Assembly (NCBI RefSeq): GCF_030028105.1
Contig: NC_092380.1
Span: 70,553,717 to 70,617,716 of the forward strand
Direction of reading: 5' to 3'
DNA: 64,000 bases
Source of the DNA: Mobula birostris
Lineage: Eukaryota
In this document: positions 37,640 to 51,060 of the stretch, one piece after another
How the letters are laid out: the number at the start of each line of letters is the position of its first letter
Position numbering within the stretch: position 1 is the stretch's first letter
The notes under the pieces: model-generated
The model's database searches: none
What the model was told of the DNA's origin: nothing
What the model saw: only the letters and a program-made list of their open reading frames with translations
Program-made: the position numbers and the translations under genes

Positions 37640-39330
37640 ATGTTTATTGCATTTGGTAGGAACAATTTTCTGTAATGATCTTTGTGACAGAACTGAATGA
37701 GCCTGTTCAAAAGGGTACTTCACTGCTTATTCAGTAGGTCATGGAGAGGATGTGCCTGTTGTCCATAATGGATAACAGTTTTCTTAGCGACCTCCTTTCC
37801 ACCACAAACTCAAAAGAGTCCAGCTTGTAGCCAAGGATGAATCCAGCCTTTGTGATGTGTTTATTTAGTCTTTTTGCATCACCAGCACCGATGCTGCTTC
37901 GCCAATATAAAGCATCAAGAAGATGCACTCACTACAGCAGACTGGTAAAAGATCTCCAACATCCTGCTGCACACGTTGGAGGATCTCAGCTTTCTTAGAA
38001 AATGGAGTCTGCTCATCCCCTTCTTGTAAACAGCCCTTGTGTTGGTTTTCCAGCCAAGTCTGTTGTTGAGGTGAACACCCAAGTATTTGTATTCCTCCAC
38101 CACCACAACTTCTCCCAGAATGTACAGTACACCTCTCCTCCAATGTCAACCTTAATGACGAGATCCAACATAGTCTTAAATGCACTGGAACAGCTTTTGG
38201 ACGTCTCCAAACAAGAGTCTTTCAAGATTGTGACATCCGAACAGACACCAAAATGTTAGTGTACAAAGCAGTGGTAATCCCAATGCTCCTGTATGCATCA
38301 GAAACTTGGACAACATACCAACATCTGAAGGCACTTGAAAAGTTCCATCAACGCTGTCTTCAAAACATCTTAAATATCAGCTGGGAAGATAGAAGAACCA
38401 ACATCAGTGTGCTAAATGAAGCAAAAACAACAAGCATTGAAGCCTACGTCATCGAGAACCAACTAAGATGAAGTGGTCATGTTGTCCGGATGAGAGATGA
38501 ACGTCTGCCGAAACAAATCTTCTACTCCCAGCTTAAAGGCAGCAAACGTAAAAGAGACAGGCAACAGAAGAGATCCAAAGACATCTTAAAAGCCAACATG
38601 AAGAAATATAACATTGACATCAACAACTGAGAAACCATTGCCAAGGACAGGAAATTCTGGCAAGCCATCTGAGAAGGAACAGCAACTTTCAAAGCCAACA
38701 GATGTGCAGAATTTGAAGAAAAGAAAATGGAAAGAGGCAGCAACAACTAAAGCCCAATCTGCCATCTGGAACTACCTGTCCTGAATGGAGAAGAACTTTC
38801 AAAGCCAAGGTTGGACTCATAAGCCACTTGAGAGCCCATAAGTAGATCAACAGAATGAAGATTGTCATCCTCGACCTTGAGGGATAACCATGACAACAAT
38901 GACAATATACAGGCCTTGTCAGTCCTCTTCCTCAAAAATCAAACACCATCTACCTGATTTTGGCTACATTCAGGAGCAGGTGATTCCTCCTGCACCACTC
39001 CACAAACTTGTTCCCTAGTCCTCTATACTCTGACTTCTGCCCAGCTCTGTTACACCCAACCACTGCAGAGTCACTAATGAACCTCTGCAAGTGACGAGAC
39101 TCAAATTGGTACTGAAAATCTGAGGTGTACAATGTGAACAGAAACAAAGACATGACAGTCCCTTGTGGTGCTCCAGTGCCACTCATCACCATCTCAGACT
39201 GAGAACTACCAGCTGTACAAACAGGGGTCTATCTGTCAGGTAGTCAGTAATCCAGGAGATAGTGGATTTGTCTACACCCGTACTTTGCAGCTTCTCACTC
39301 AAAAGAAATGGCTGGATTGTATGGAAATGT
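37640..39330 (-). mobile_element. Rex1/Babar LINE interrupted by an RTE copy
   Basis: EEYKYLGVHLNNRLGWKTNT… (37915-38106) and TGAPQGTVMSLFLFTLYTSD (38950-39192) lie on either side of the RTE. Confidence 0.75.
38090..38900 (+). mobile_element. RTE-clade LINE 3' part
   Basis: LVYKAVVIPMLLYASETWTTYQHLKALEKFHQRCLQNILNISWEDRRTN; ends gtcatcctcgaccttgagggataaccatgacaac. Confidence 0.85.
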
Positions 39331-40599
39331 TGCATGAAATTATAATTACTGAGATTAACTTCAACAATCCAAAGATTCCTCCTTGTCATTATCCAACAGT
39401 AGAAATCTTAAAATGCAAGGGAAAATACAATATAAAAGATTCAAAGTTTGAAGTGATGTGCACTCAATAACAGATCAAATATGATGGCAAACTAATTTCT
39501 CCATGTCAATTATAAAACGTTGAGGGCAAGAGTTGAGAAATTCATTCAGGCATCTGTGATCCTGGCTATTTGAGGCACAAAATGCAGAAATAGAATGGAT
39601 CTTTGTAACATGTAGTTAGGGCAGCAGATAGAATATACTGCCCAATTCTGGTTGTCACGCAAAAGAAAACATACAATGTCTTTACTTTATGCTTTATTGT
39701 CACCAAACAATTGATACTAGAATGTACAATCATCACAGCGATATTTAATTCTGTGCTTCACACTCCCTGGAGTACAAATCGATAGTAAATATTAAATATT
39801 TAAATTATAAATCATAAATAGGAAATAGAAAATGGAAAGTAAGGTAGTGCAAAAAAACTGAGAGGCAGGTCTGGATGTTTGGAGGGTACGGCCCAGATCC
39901 GGGTCAGGATTTACTTGTATCTGTTACACATGATACCTCTTCTGATATGTTGGGAAACTCAGACAGAAAGGCACTGCCTCAGGTTCTAAGTGTACTGCAG
40001 AGGGGGATTTCAATTAATCAAAGTTCCAAAAATCCAGATAACTTGAGCCACAAGAATGTCACAATGTCAATAAGTCTTATTTATCAGTTTGATCTTTTAA
40101 GGAGGGTGCAGAAATGATTTACTAAGATTTTTCAAGGCTGAGGGACTTTAGTTATGATGGTAGATTGGAGAAGCTCATGTAGTTTTTCTTTGAAACAAGG
40201 AAGATGAAAGAGAATCTGATAGTAGTTTCAATTGCATTTTTCAAGAGGTCTTTGGATAAGTTTCTCAAAATAGTTTGTTTATAAGACCATGAGAAGAGGA
40301 GGAATAGACTCAACAGCCTGAATGTCCATGAGCAAAAAGTATCAAATGACAACCCTGTGCATGCAGTATGGTATATGAGTGGTTTAAACAATGGGAGGAC
40401 AGGCATTAGATGTGGTCACTAGGCTTTATGACAGTTCACACTCAGCAGAACCAGAATGGCAACATGAACTTGAATGCAGACACCAAACTTAATAAAGACC
40501 TGACAAAATTGAGTTTATTTATTATATTTTGCTGCAATGCTACATTTCAGTTTATCACATGTATTCAATCAAACCTTTGTCCTTTAATTTACACTCCTC

Positions 40600-41692
40600 T
40601 GTCACATGGGGTGCAGGAACAGACCCAAATGCAAGACACAGACACTGAAGTACAAGGAACAGGACTTGACTAGAGTAGGGACATGACAGGATACAGGCAA
40701 GGAGCAGGGACAAGAACGCAGACTTGGGCTAGGGAAAGCAGGACCAGGACTAGGAACCATGGACTAGGAGACAAGGCTTGGACTCCAAGCCTGAGACTGG
40801 TCAAGGACCTAGAACCTGGGTCCTGCCTCAGGCTCAGACCCCAGAACCAGACAAGGACATAACATGGCTTCAGGACAGGACATGGCTGGGATCTGGAGGC
40901 CTGAGCCTGGAGCACATCTGCGGGACCCTCGAGGCCTGGAGCATAGAGACAGACTGGGAACCAAACATCAACATGGAGCCAGGACTTATCCTTCAACAAG
41001 CCAGGACTCATCTTTAACACAACACTAACATGAGACAGGACAGGACAGAATATAAACAGAGCCAGGACTTATCCTAAGACAAGCCAGGACTCAACTTCAT
41101 CTCCACACCAAGGTGGGACAGGTCTCTCCATCAGGTAACAGCAGAACAGCCAGACTTACCCAACAGAGGCAAGGACAAGACAAGACAGGACAGGACAGGA
41201 CCCCCCCCCCCCCCCACAGAGGAAAGGACAAGAAGAGACAAACACCAAAGAGCAACAGACAGTTCCATCTTTGCTCCAGGGAAGCTCTGAATCTCAGTTC
41301 AGCCAGTAACCTCAGCTGGCTACAGAAACAGCCAGATCCCTACCTAGCTCAGAGTGGCTGACAGCCACTCAGCTAGCCCAGGAAACAGCCAAATCCATAC
41401 CACAAAAACTACTCCAACAAGTGGCAACATGGCTCCATGAAGCAGTGGTCCTCCAATCAGGCCTAGAGATCACAAATGGTTTCACTAGCCTTCCATCAGC
41501 AGGTTGCTCCAAGGAGGACTGACAAGACAAACCAGTAGCCCACACTCAATCCCAAGGCTACTTATATTGCAAGCCCAAAAATGGGAATCAGGTGCCTATG
41601 ATTAACTCAAACAAGGGACAGCTGGAAGACCCGGAGTCCTGAGTCCACGGACCGGACCATGAACCGGAATGCGGACTTCATGGACTATGACA
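40600..41692. mobile_element. Solo LTR with internal tandem repeats
   Basis: TGTCAC…TGACA termini; perfect 5-bp TSD TCCTC. Confidence 0.9.
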
Positions 41693-41739
41693 TCCTCAGA
41701 ATCTAATTCAAGGTTCTAGACCAATAGCTCTTAATACCG

Positions 41740-43980
41740 AAACATCAAGCGATGATGACTGAACCTGAAAGTGTGGAGTTTCAAAATAAAAGCCCACAGA
41801 TCTTTTCATTTGAGGAAGTTTAGAATGATTTTGCTGACACTAACTGTTTCCATTCATGATGCCCAGGGTTGAGAGTAAAGCTGCAACTGTGTTAGATCCG
41901 CTCTCTCCAGTCACTGAATGATGCAGCCTTTATCTGCAGGAGTATTTCGTAGATTTAGAACTTGCAGATCGCATTACCTGAAGCACAATTAATTGTCAAT
42001 CTGTCTTGATCCAAAGATTGGAAATTGCGAAAAAGAAATATCTGCACCTTTCACGTAGTTTCATTCTGTTTGTGTCTTTAATTACTTGCCTTCTAATCAG
42101 GTTTCAAATCCTGATCTACAGTAGTATCAACTGACTTGGACACTGACTTAGAAGTGAGAAATTTAAATATTTCAACATTACCCTGTTGTGATGGCAAAAT
42201 GAAGACACAGATATATCTTTCACTAGATGCTAACCATGTGCATGATGACAATAAAATCTCATTAGGGTTTCAAGAAATCACAGTGTGATTCAACAAATAT
42301 ATTACCTTGACATTGTTGTGCATGTTCATAACTCTGCCTCTCTTTGGCCATTTTATCTTTTTCACCATTTGCTCCAGTTTTATTTGATTCTGGTCCTGTA
42401 TTGACAAAATGTAAGATCCCTCAGATATAAAATACCCAACAACATAGTTTAAGAAAAGATACGGTAACACATTCTGAAATGTTGACTTGGTAGTTTCACC
42501 TCCACAATTTTGACAACTCTGAAGTGAAAATTAACTTGACTAATTAACTCATCTCAGTGCTGCAGAAATTTCCCGTAACTCAAATCGTACTAGACAAGGC
42601 ACTCAGCACATTAAATTTTCTTCTAAATCAGATTCATGGAAGCCAAATGTTGGTTACTCTTCAAAATTATCATCCTAAGGCTGCTCAGGCTGGGCAAAAT
42701 ATGTTTCTGTCAACCTGGGCAATGCTAAATTGGAAAAATTATATAATTGTTTTGTATCTGTACTTGTAGCAAGGAACAAGAGAAATTTATACAGCCACAT
42801 CATGCAGCAGGAACTGAACTTGAAAACATAGCTTTCCAAAACAAGAAGTTCACAGGTTTTTGAATTTGGGACAATAGGGCATGATTTTGTCAGGTATTGC
42901 TGGTGACACTAACTCCATGAAGTTCAGGGCTGTGAGCAAATTTGCAACCTCAAAGTCTGTAGGAAAATTAAACTTATGTTCCATTAACTCATGCAGATAA
43001 TTGAATAATGCAGGCATTTCTGCAGGAGTTTTTTTGCGGATGTAGATATTGCAGGTCAAATTGAAAAATCTGCATTTAATTCCCAGTCTGCTTCAAAAAT
43101 GAAGGAAACTGGAAAATAGAAGCTGCAGCTTTTTTTCAGCAGTTTGATTACTTTTGTGTTTTCAAATACTTGCCTGTTACTTAGATTCATATTTCTGATC
43201 TATAATGGTCACAGCTAACATGGATCCACAATAGCTGCAGAGAATATTGAAAATTCTAACCTGCCCCTGGTTGTGATGGTTATCGAAAGATGCTGGTATC
43301 ATCCACCTAAATTACCTAAGTGTTAATAACATGCAACCTACAGATCCTGGATAACAAGAAAATTTCACAAGGGTTTCAACGAATCCCAGGGTAACCCAAT
43401 AAACGTATTATCTTCACTTTCCCTTGCACTTTCATTGTTCAGCTTCTCTTTGTCCTTTTCATCTTTTTCAACATTTGCCATGGCTTCATTTGATTCCAGC
43501 CTTGTATTAATAAAAGAAAGATTTATCGGATATAATATCAACAACGCACTTCAAGAATAGATATGATAATGCATTTCTGAAAAGCTGGTTCAACAATTTC
43601 ATGTTTTGCAGGTTGCCTCCACCATTTTGACAACACAAAAGTGAGACCATAACATGACTAAATAAATCCAGCTCAGTGCAGCAGAAGATCTCTATGACTC
43701 ATGATCAATTAAGATATGACACTGTACACATTATAATTTCTTCTGATTCAGAATGAATGCAAGCCAAATACTTGTTACTCTTAAAAATTATCACCCCTTG
43801 GCTCTTCACACTGCTCAAGCTGTTTTTTTGTTAACCCAGGCAATGCCAATTTGGAAAGTAATGTAATTGTTTTATATCTGCAATTGGAACAAAGATCAAT
43901 AGTCCTTCCTACAGTCAGGTTATTACAGCTGACCTTGAAAGTGTGCCATTCCAAAATGGAAATGCAGAATAAAGTGCAAG
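41740..43980. repeat. Diverged ~1.1-kb tandem duplication (two full units plus the start of a third)
   Basis: Matching anchors 41935/43020 (ctgcaggag), 42306-42395/43412-43501 (64/90 identical, no indel), 42620/43750 (gccaaat…gttactctt…aaattatca) and 41760/42820/43930. Confidence 0.85.
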
Positions 43981-44269
43981 AGCTAAAAAGATAGTGCAGT
44001 GAAGTTTGATAATAATGTGCAGGATCCTAGTGAGGTTGTACAGGTCAACAGTCCATTTTGTTTTTCTATCAAACCGTTTATCAGTTTTTAACAGCAGGCT
44101 AGAAGTTGTCCTTGAACCTGCTGCTGCATGTTCTTAGGTTTTTGTATCTTTTGCCAGATGGGAAGGGGAGAAGAGAGATTGTCCGGGGTGACAGGATAAT
44201 GCTGGCTGCTATACTGAGGCAGTGAGAAGTATAGATTGAGTACAAGGAGAGCAGGCAGATTTGCTTGAT

Positions 44270-44625
44270 TATTAAGCTACGTCGACACCTCTCTGCAGTT
44301 TTTCACGTTCATAGGTAGAGCAGATGCCGTATCAAGCTGTGATGCACCCAGATAGGATGTCTCCTATTGAACGTTGATAAAAATTAGTCAGCAGGGACAA
44401 GCCAATTTTCTTCAGTCTCCAAAGGAAGTAGAGGCCTTTGTGAGCTTCTTTGGCCATGGCATCTACATGGTTGGACCAGGACATGCTCTCAACATCAGCA
44501 CCATCGAAGTAAACAGGAGCATGTGTACCACCCTCCATCCTGAAGTCAATGACCAGCTCTTTTGTTTTACTGACATTGATGAAAAGGTTATTGTCAGAAC
44601 ACCATGCTTTAAAGCATGCTATATT
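44270..44625 (-). mobile_element. Rex1/Babar LINE fragment
   Basis: WCSDNNLFINVSKTKELVIDFR. Confidence 0.75.
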
Positions 44626-45115
44626 GTGTAACATAGAAGCAGAATTAGGCCATTCAACCCGCTAAGTCTTCTCTGCCATTCCATCGTGGCTGATTTACTA
44701 TCTCTCTCAACCCCATTGTCCTGCCTTCTCCCATAACCTTTGACACCCTGATTAAACAAGAACCCATCAATGTCTGCCTTAAATATACCCAACGACTTGG
44801 CCTGCATTGCCGTCTGTGCTAACGAATTCCAAAGATTCACTAACCTCTGGCTAAAGAAATGTTTCCTCAGCTTTGTTCTAACTGGGTATCCCACAATTCT
44901 GAGGCTGTACCCTTTGGTTCTAGACTCCGCCAATATAAGAAACATCCTCTCCACATTAACTTTATCCAGACCTTTCAATATTCATTAGGTTTATATGAGA
45001 TCCCTCCTCATTCCTCTAAATTCCAGAGTACAGCACAGAGCTATCAAATGCTCCATACATGTTAACCCTTTCATTTCTGGGATTATTCTCATGAGCCCCC
45101 TTCTGGACCCTCTCA
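44626..45115 (-). mobile_element. CR1 LINE 3' end
   Basis: KGLDKVNVERMF…KHFFSQRLVNLWNSL. Confidence 0.85.
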
Positions 45116-45139
45116 AATGCCAGTGTGACAACATTGAAA

Positions 45140-47480
45140 TCTGAATTGAATTTGAAATGAATTGAACTGACTTTATTTCTTACACCCTTCACATACATAA
45201 GGAGTAAAAATCTTTACATTACATCTCGACTGATTGTGCAATTTATAGTAATTGTAATAAATAGTATATACAACAGGACAGTCAATATAGCATAGAAATA
45301 AAATTGCATCAGCGCAAATTAATCAGTCTGATGGCCTAGTGGAAGAAGATATCCTGGAGCCTGTTGGTCTTGGCTTTTATGCTGCGGTCCCATTTCCCAG
45401 ATGGTAACAGCTGGAACAGTTTGTGGTTGGGGTGACTCAGGTCCCCAATAATCCTTCGGGCCCTTTTTACACACCTGTCTCTGTAAATGTCCTGAATAGT
45501 GGTAAGTTCACAACTACAGATGTGCTGGGCTGTCCGCACCACTCTCTGCAGAGTCCTTTGACTCAGGGAAGTACAGTTCCCATACTAGGCAGTGATGCAG
45601 CCAGTCAGGATGCTCTCAGTCGTGCCCCTGTAGAAAGTTTTTAGGATTTGGGAACTCATCCCAAACTTCTTCAACTATCTGAGGTGAAAGAGGTGCTGCT
45701 GTGCTTTTTTTTCACCACACAGCCAGTATGTACAGACCACGTGAGATCCTCAGTGATCCGTATGCCAAGGAACTTGACGCTGTTCACCCTTTCAACCCCA
45801 GATCCATTGATGTCAATAGGAGCTGGTCTGTCTCCATTTCTCCTGTAGTCCACAACCAAGTCCTTTGTTTTTGCAACATTGAGGGAGAAGTTGTTTCCTT
45901 GACACCATCATGGGTCAGGGTGATGACTTCTGCTCTGTAGGCTGCCTCAATATTATTTAAGATAAGGGCAATCAATGTAGTGCTGTCAACAAATTTAATT
46001 AGCAGATTGGAGCTGTGGGTGGCGACACAGTCATGGGTATAGAGAGAGTAAAGGAGGGGGCTGAGGACACAGCCCTGAGGGGCACCAGTGTTGAGGGTCA
46101 GAGTGGCAGAGGTGAAGGAGCCCACTCTTACAAATTGCCGGCAATCTGACAGGAAGCCCAGGATCCAGCTACACAGGGTGGGGTGATGGCCGAGGTTCTT
46201 CTTGTCGAGTCGAGGGGGAATTATGGTGCTGAGTGCTGAATTGTCCCAAGAACAGCATCCTCACATAAGCATCCCTCTTCTCCAGATGTGTAAGGATGGT
46301 GTGAAGAGCTGTGGCTATTGTGTCATCGGTCCATCGGTTGTATCGGTAGGCGAATTGTCTGGCATCCAGTTTGGGTGGTAGCAAGCTACAGATGTAATCC
46401 TTGACCAGCCTCTCAAAGCAATTGCTTATTATTGAGGTGAGTGTGACAGGACGCCAGTGGTTCAGACATGTTATAGGCATCCGTTAGTCTCGTGAGACCA
46501 TGGATTTGCGTCTTGGAAGGTTTCCAGGGCGCAGGCCTGGGCTAGGTTGTATAGAAGACCGGCAGTTGCCCATGCTGCAAGTCTCCCCTCTCCACGCCAC
46601 TGGTTTTGTCCAAGGGAAGGACACTGGGGCCGATTCAGCTTGGCACCGGTGTCGTCGCAGTGCAATGTGTGGTTAAGCGCCTTGCTCAAAGACCCAACAC
46701 GTTGCCTCAGCTGAGGCTTGAACTAGCGACCTTCAGATCACTAGACCAACACCTTAACCACTTGGCCAGGCGCCAACATGTTCAGACATGTTACCTTGGT
46801 CTTTACAGTGACAATGTTACAGGGACAACACTGGATGTTTTGAAGCAGGAGGGCACTCTACACTGGGAGTGGGAGAGATTGAAAATGTCTGTAAACACAC
46901 CTGCCAGTTGTGACGCGCACATCTTGAGTACTGGCCCTGGGATGCCGTCCGGTCCCGCAGACTTGCGACTAGCCACTTGTTGGAAACACCAACATCAGCC
47001 TCAGAGATGACTAAGATGCAGGTCACTTTGGCGGCTCTCCTCGGGGGCTCAGTGTTGACCATATCGAACCGAGCGTAAAAAAAGTTTTAGCTCATCTGGG
47101 AGAGAGGCAGTGATGTTGGCAGGGCCATTGTGTTTAGCTTTGAAGGCTGCGATGGTGTGCAGACCTTACCATAAACTGCATGTGTTATTGATGGAGAGTT
47201 GTGTCTGGATCTTGTCCCTGTATTATCGTTTTGTTGCCTTGATGACTTTGCGTAGATCGTAGCTGCATTTCTTGAGTTCCTGTTGGTTACTGGCAACGTA
47301 AGCTCTGTCTCGCACGATAGTGCTGCACCCACAGAACTGTTGATCTGTTCAATTTAGTTATAAATAATTGTTCAAACAATTTTTAAAAAGAGTTAAAGAA
47401 TTTATTTAAATGGGAAAGGAGGGAGGAGAAGCTGGCGGCACGACGCAGCGCACGCAGCTGTTCCGAATGAATATCGTATG
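45140..47480 (-). mobile_element. Rex1/Babar LINE, interrupted by a SINE
   Basis: CLNHWRPVTLTSIISNCFERLV…LDARQFAY; NTGAPQGCVLSPLLYSLYTHDC. Confidence 0.85.
46474..46779 (-). mobile_element. tRNA/CORE-like/RTE-tailed SINE (same family as 33014)
   Basis: Reverse complement of the 33014 SINE; 14-bp TSD gttcagacatgtta. Confidence 0.85.
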
Positions 47481-48284
47481 TGTTAACCAGGGGGCTGTGC
47501 ACAATCCGTATTTGATGGAGACAGCCGTGAGAAGCACAGAGGAACACCTGGAGTAACTTCTGAAATGCCTGCTTCGCTGCCGTTGCTACTGTGTGATCGA
47601 GAATCTCCAAAGACGAAGGCCTCAAATCCTTGGCTTTGCCTATTGCCTGTTGCCGGGGCCGGGGTCGAAGCGCTCGGCAGAGATGGTGCTCGGTGTCGGA
47701 GAGCTGGTTGGAGGCTTGGAGTTTTCAGACAGACTCGGAGTCGGACTGTGGTCGGATGCTTCCAGTATGCTGCATCGGCAAGTTGGCGGCGCTGGAGGTT
47801 CACCGTCTGCGTGAGATGATGGCACTTTCGAGAGACTTTGAGACTTTTACCGTGCCCATGGTCTGTTCTTATCAAATTACAGTATCGCTTTGCACTGTTG
47901 TAACTATGTGTTATAATTATGTGGTTTTTGTTAGTTTTTAAGTCGGTTTGTCGTGTTTCCCTGATATCATTCTGGAAAAACATTGTATCATTTCTTTATG
48001 CATGCATTACTAAATGACAATAAAAGAGGACTGCGTGTCCTCATAATCTAATAATCCAATCTAATCTAATATCATTTCATGTTGAGAAAAAATGAATAAT
48101 ACTTTAAAAACATGCAAATATGTTTAGTTGAAAATTCTGAGAATCTGTGTGCAAGGTAAACTTTTATAGTGTTGAGCACTGAATCTGCCATCAACTTGTA
48201 AGGACTTGTATTCAATCTTCAGCCCATGGTCGATTGCTAATGCCTGGGGAGGGGCAGTACATGCCAAACTCATTCACCATAAAG

Positions 48285-49610
48285 CAGCCTTTCTCAACCT
48301 TATTGCCCTGGAGGAATATTTGAAATAATTTTCAAGTCTCAGGGAACCCCTGAGTAAAAACTATTATATCTACAGCTCACAATACATTAGCTTGATCAGT
48401 AAGATGTAGATATAATAATCCAAAAATAATTGTCAATGCTCTTTTGAGTACAGAATGAATTTTTGGCCAATCTGTCTTGAAAAAAACAGGTATAGTTAAG
48501 CTTAGCTTAACTTTCTTGAAATTAATCTCTTTCTTTCCCTCTCATAAATTTTAAAAACTCGTATGGCAAACATAATACATTTCTGTTAGAGAACTGGCTT
48601 AAGACAAAATGGGATTAAATTTTTCCAAAAGTAGGTTTGCTAGATTTAATTTAAATAAAACTTGCAAATTGATTTTAATTAATGCTATTTTCAACACGAA
48701 AATGTATTTGCAAGGTTGAAGGAGTGTATTGTGACGATGTCAGCATTTTGATTTTTTACAAAAGAAACAAAACCTCTCATGAAGCCAACTATTGATGGGA
48801 CACCATCAGTACAGATGTCAACACCGTGCCTCCAAGACAGACCTCTTGTTTCCAGATATGAAGACCAAGCATTAACTATATCTTGGCCTTTGCTTGTTTC
48901 GGGCAGCTCTTTGTAACAGAAAGTTTTCTTGAATTTCACCATCATTTACAAATCTTACAAATGCTTCAACATGACATTTATTGGTGAAATCTGTTGACAT
49001 ATCAACCTGGATAGAAAAGTTGTTGCTTTTCAGTTTATCGCACAAAACCTCTTCAGTATCATGTGACATGTCATCAATCTGTCAACTTATCATATTGTTT
49101 GAGAATGAAGCCTTTTCAATTTCTCATACTGCACCATGTTCTAGCATTTTACCCACTGTAATTTTACATGCTGGCATGATGAGGTTCTCACCAGCTGTGT
49201 GACTTTTCCTTTCTGGGCAATAAATTCTGCTACTAAATAACTTGCTTCCTGAATCTTTTTAGTGACTGTGACCTTATTAACAAAAGCTTTACTCTGTTTG
49301 TTTTGAGATTACAACAGGCGTTAAGAATAATCAGCACCTTCATGTGACATGTGGCTGTGACTTGTAGTTCAGTGTCTTTTCAATTTTGCTGGAGCCATTG
49401 CTGCATTTGTAAATTGTTGGCCACAGACTAGGCACAATGGAGTGGGACAACTTGGATGATATTCAAACAAATGATGATCTCTTAGTTGTGATGGTGGCAA
49501 GATATCATAATACATTCCCAGAAGCTGAATTATGTCTCCTGGATTATTTTCATACTTCTCAACCATTTTGATTAGCATTAAACTGCCTGAAGATCAGCAT
49601 TTCACAACTA
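48285..49610 (-). mobile_element. hAT (Charlie/Buster, ZBED5-like) transposon remnant
   Basis: PLCLVCGQQFTNAAMAPAKLKRH; FSIQVDMSTDFTNKCH…FVRFV; terminus CAGCCTTTCTCAACC at 48285. Confidence 0.8.
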
Positions 49611-50004
49611 CAGTAAATATCTATCATTCTCATTCAGTTAGACACAAAGCCCTAGACCTAAAATATTGTGTTTTCCAGCTTCCAAGAGAAGCTGTGTGTT
49701 TCTAATCCTCAGAATTGTCAATTCAAAGCTTCTAACTCAGATCAAAATCAGTCCCTCATCAATTTCTTGTCTTCTGGGGACTTCCGGACAACATGGCGCC
49801 AGAGAACAACGATTCATTGGGCAACATCTTTCAGGTAGCAAATCTCTCCAATTATTTCATTTTTCCTATGCCTTCTGCTTGTTCTTCTTGTCTTGTTGTT
49901 GTTACGAAAACTGTTGGAGCCTGTGACGTACAGTTTGAAACTTGATTGAAGAATCCAGCGCTATGCTGTGTCCGGAGAGCTGCCTCTTGGAGATTAGAGA
50001 GACA

Positions 50005-51060
50005 CACACAAAATGCTGGAGGAACTCAGCAGGCCAGGGAGATCTATGGAAAAGGGTATAGTCCACGTTTCAGGCCAAGGCCCTTCATCAGGACTGGAGA
50101 AAAAAAGATGAGGAGTCAGGTTAAGAAGGTCGGGGTAGGGAGGAACAAACACAAGTTGATGCGTGGAACTGTGAATGGGGGAGGGATGAAGTAAAGAGCT
50201 GGGAAGTTGATTGGAAAGAGATACAGGGTTGGAGAAGGGGGAATCTGATTGGGGAGGAGAGAAGGCCATGGAAGAAAGAAAAGGGGCACCAGAGGGGAGG
50301 TAAACACGAGGAAATCTGCAGATGCTGGAAATTCAAGCAACACACATCAAAGTTGCTGGTGAACACAGCAGGCCAGGCAGCATCTCTAGAAAGAGGTACA
50401 GTCCACGTTTCGGGCCGAGACCCTTCGTCCAGAGGGGAGGTGATTGGCAGGCAAGGAGATAAGGTGAGAGAGAGAATTGGGAATGGAGAATGATGGGGGG
50501 GCTGGGAGGATTACTGGAAGTTTGAGAAATCGTTGTTCATGCACTCGGGTTGGAGGCTACCCAAACGGAATATAAGGTGTTGCTCCTCCAGTCTGAGTGT
50601 GGCCTCATCACGACAGTACAGGAGGCCATGGACTAACATGCTGGAATGGGAATGGGAATAGGAATTAAAATGGGTGGCCACTGAGAAACCTCACTTTTTC
50701 TGGCTGACAGAGCATAGGTGCTCGGCAAAGCGGTCTCCCAATCTACATCGGTTCTCACAGAAGACCACACCGGGAGCACTGGACCCCAACAGACTCACAG
50801 GCGAAGTGTCACCTCATCTGGAAGGACTGTTTGGGGCCCTGAATGGTAGTGAAGGAGGAGATATAGGGGCAGATGTGGCACTTGTTTCACTTGCAAGGAT
50901 AAATGTCAGGAGGGAGATCCGTGGGGAGGGACGAATGGACAAGGGAGTCACGTAGGGAGCGATCTCTGCATAAAGCAGCAAGTGTTGGGGGGAGGGTTGA
51001 TGTGCTTGGTGGTGGGATTCCACTGGAAATAGCAGAAATTACTGAGAATTATGTGCTGGA
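50005..51060 (-). mobile_element. Penelope-like element 3' part with a nested short tail element (50303-50428)
   Basis: Antisense GIY-YIG region and tail. Hammerhead-like motif at 50059-50096 whose cleavage triplet is mutated to GUG. Confidence 0.8.

Noticed and set aside
40410-40673. 87-aa plus-strand ORF with a hydrophobic patch
   Set aside because: Begins in CR1-derived sequence and runs into the solo LTR; its phase does not fit the candidate upstream exon.
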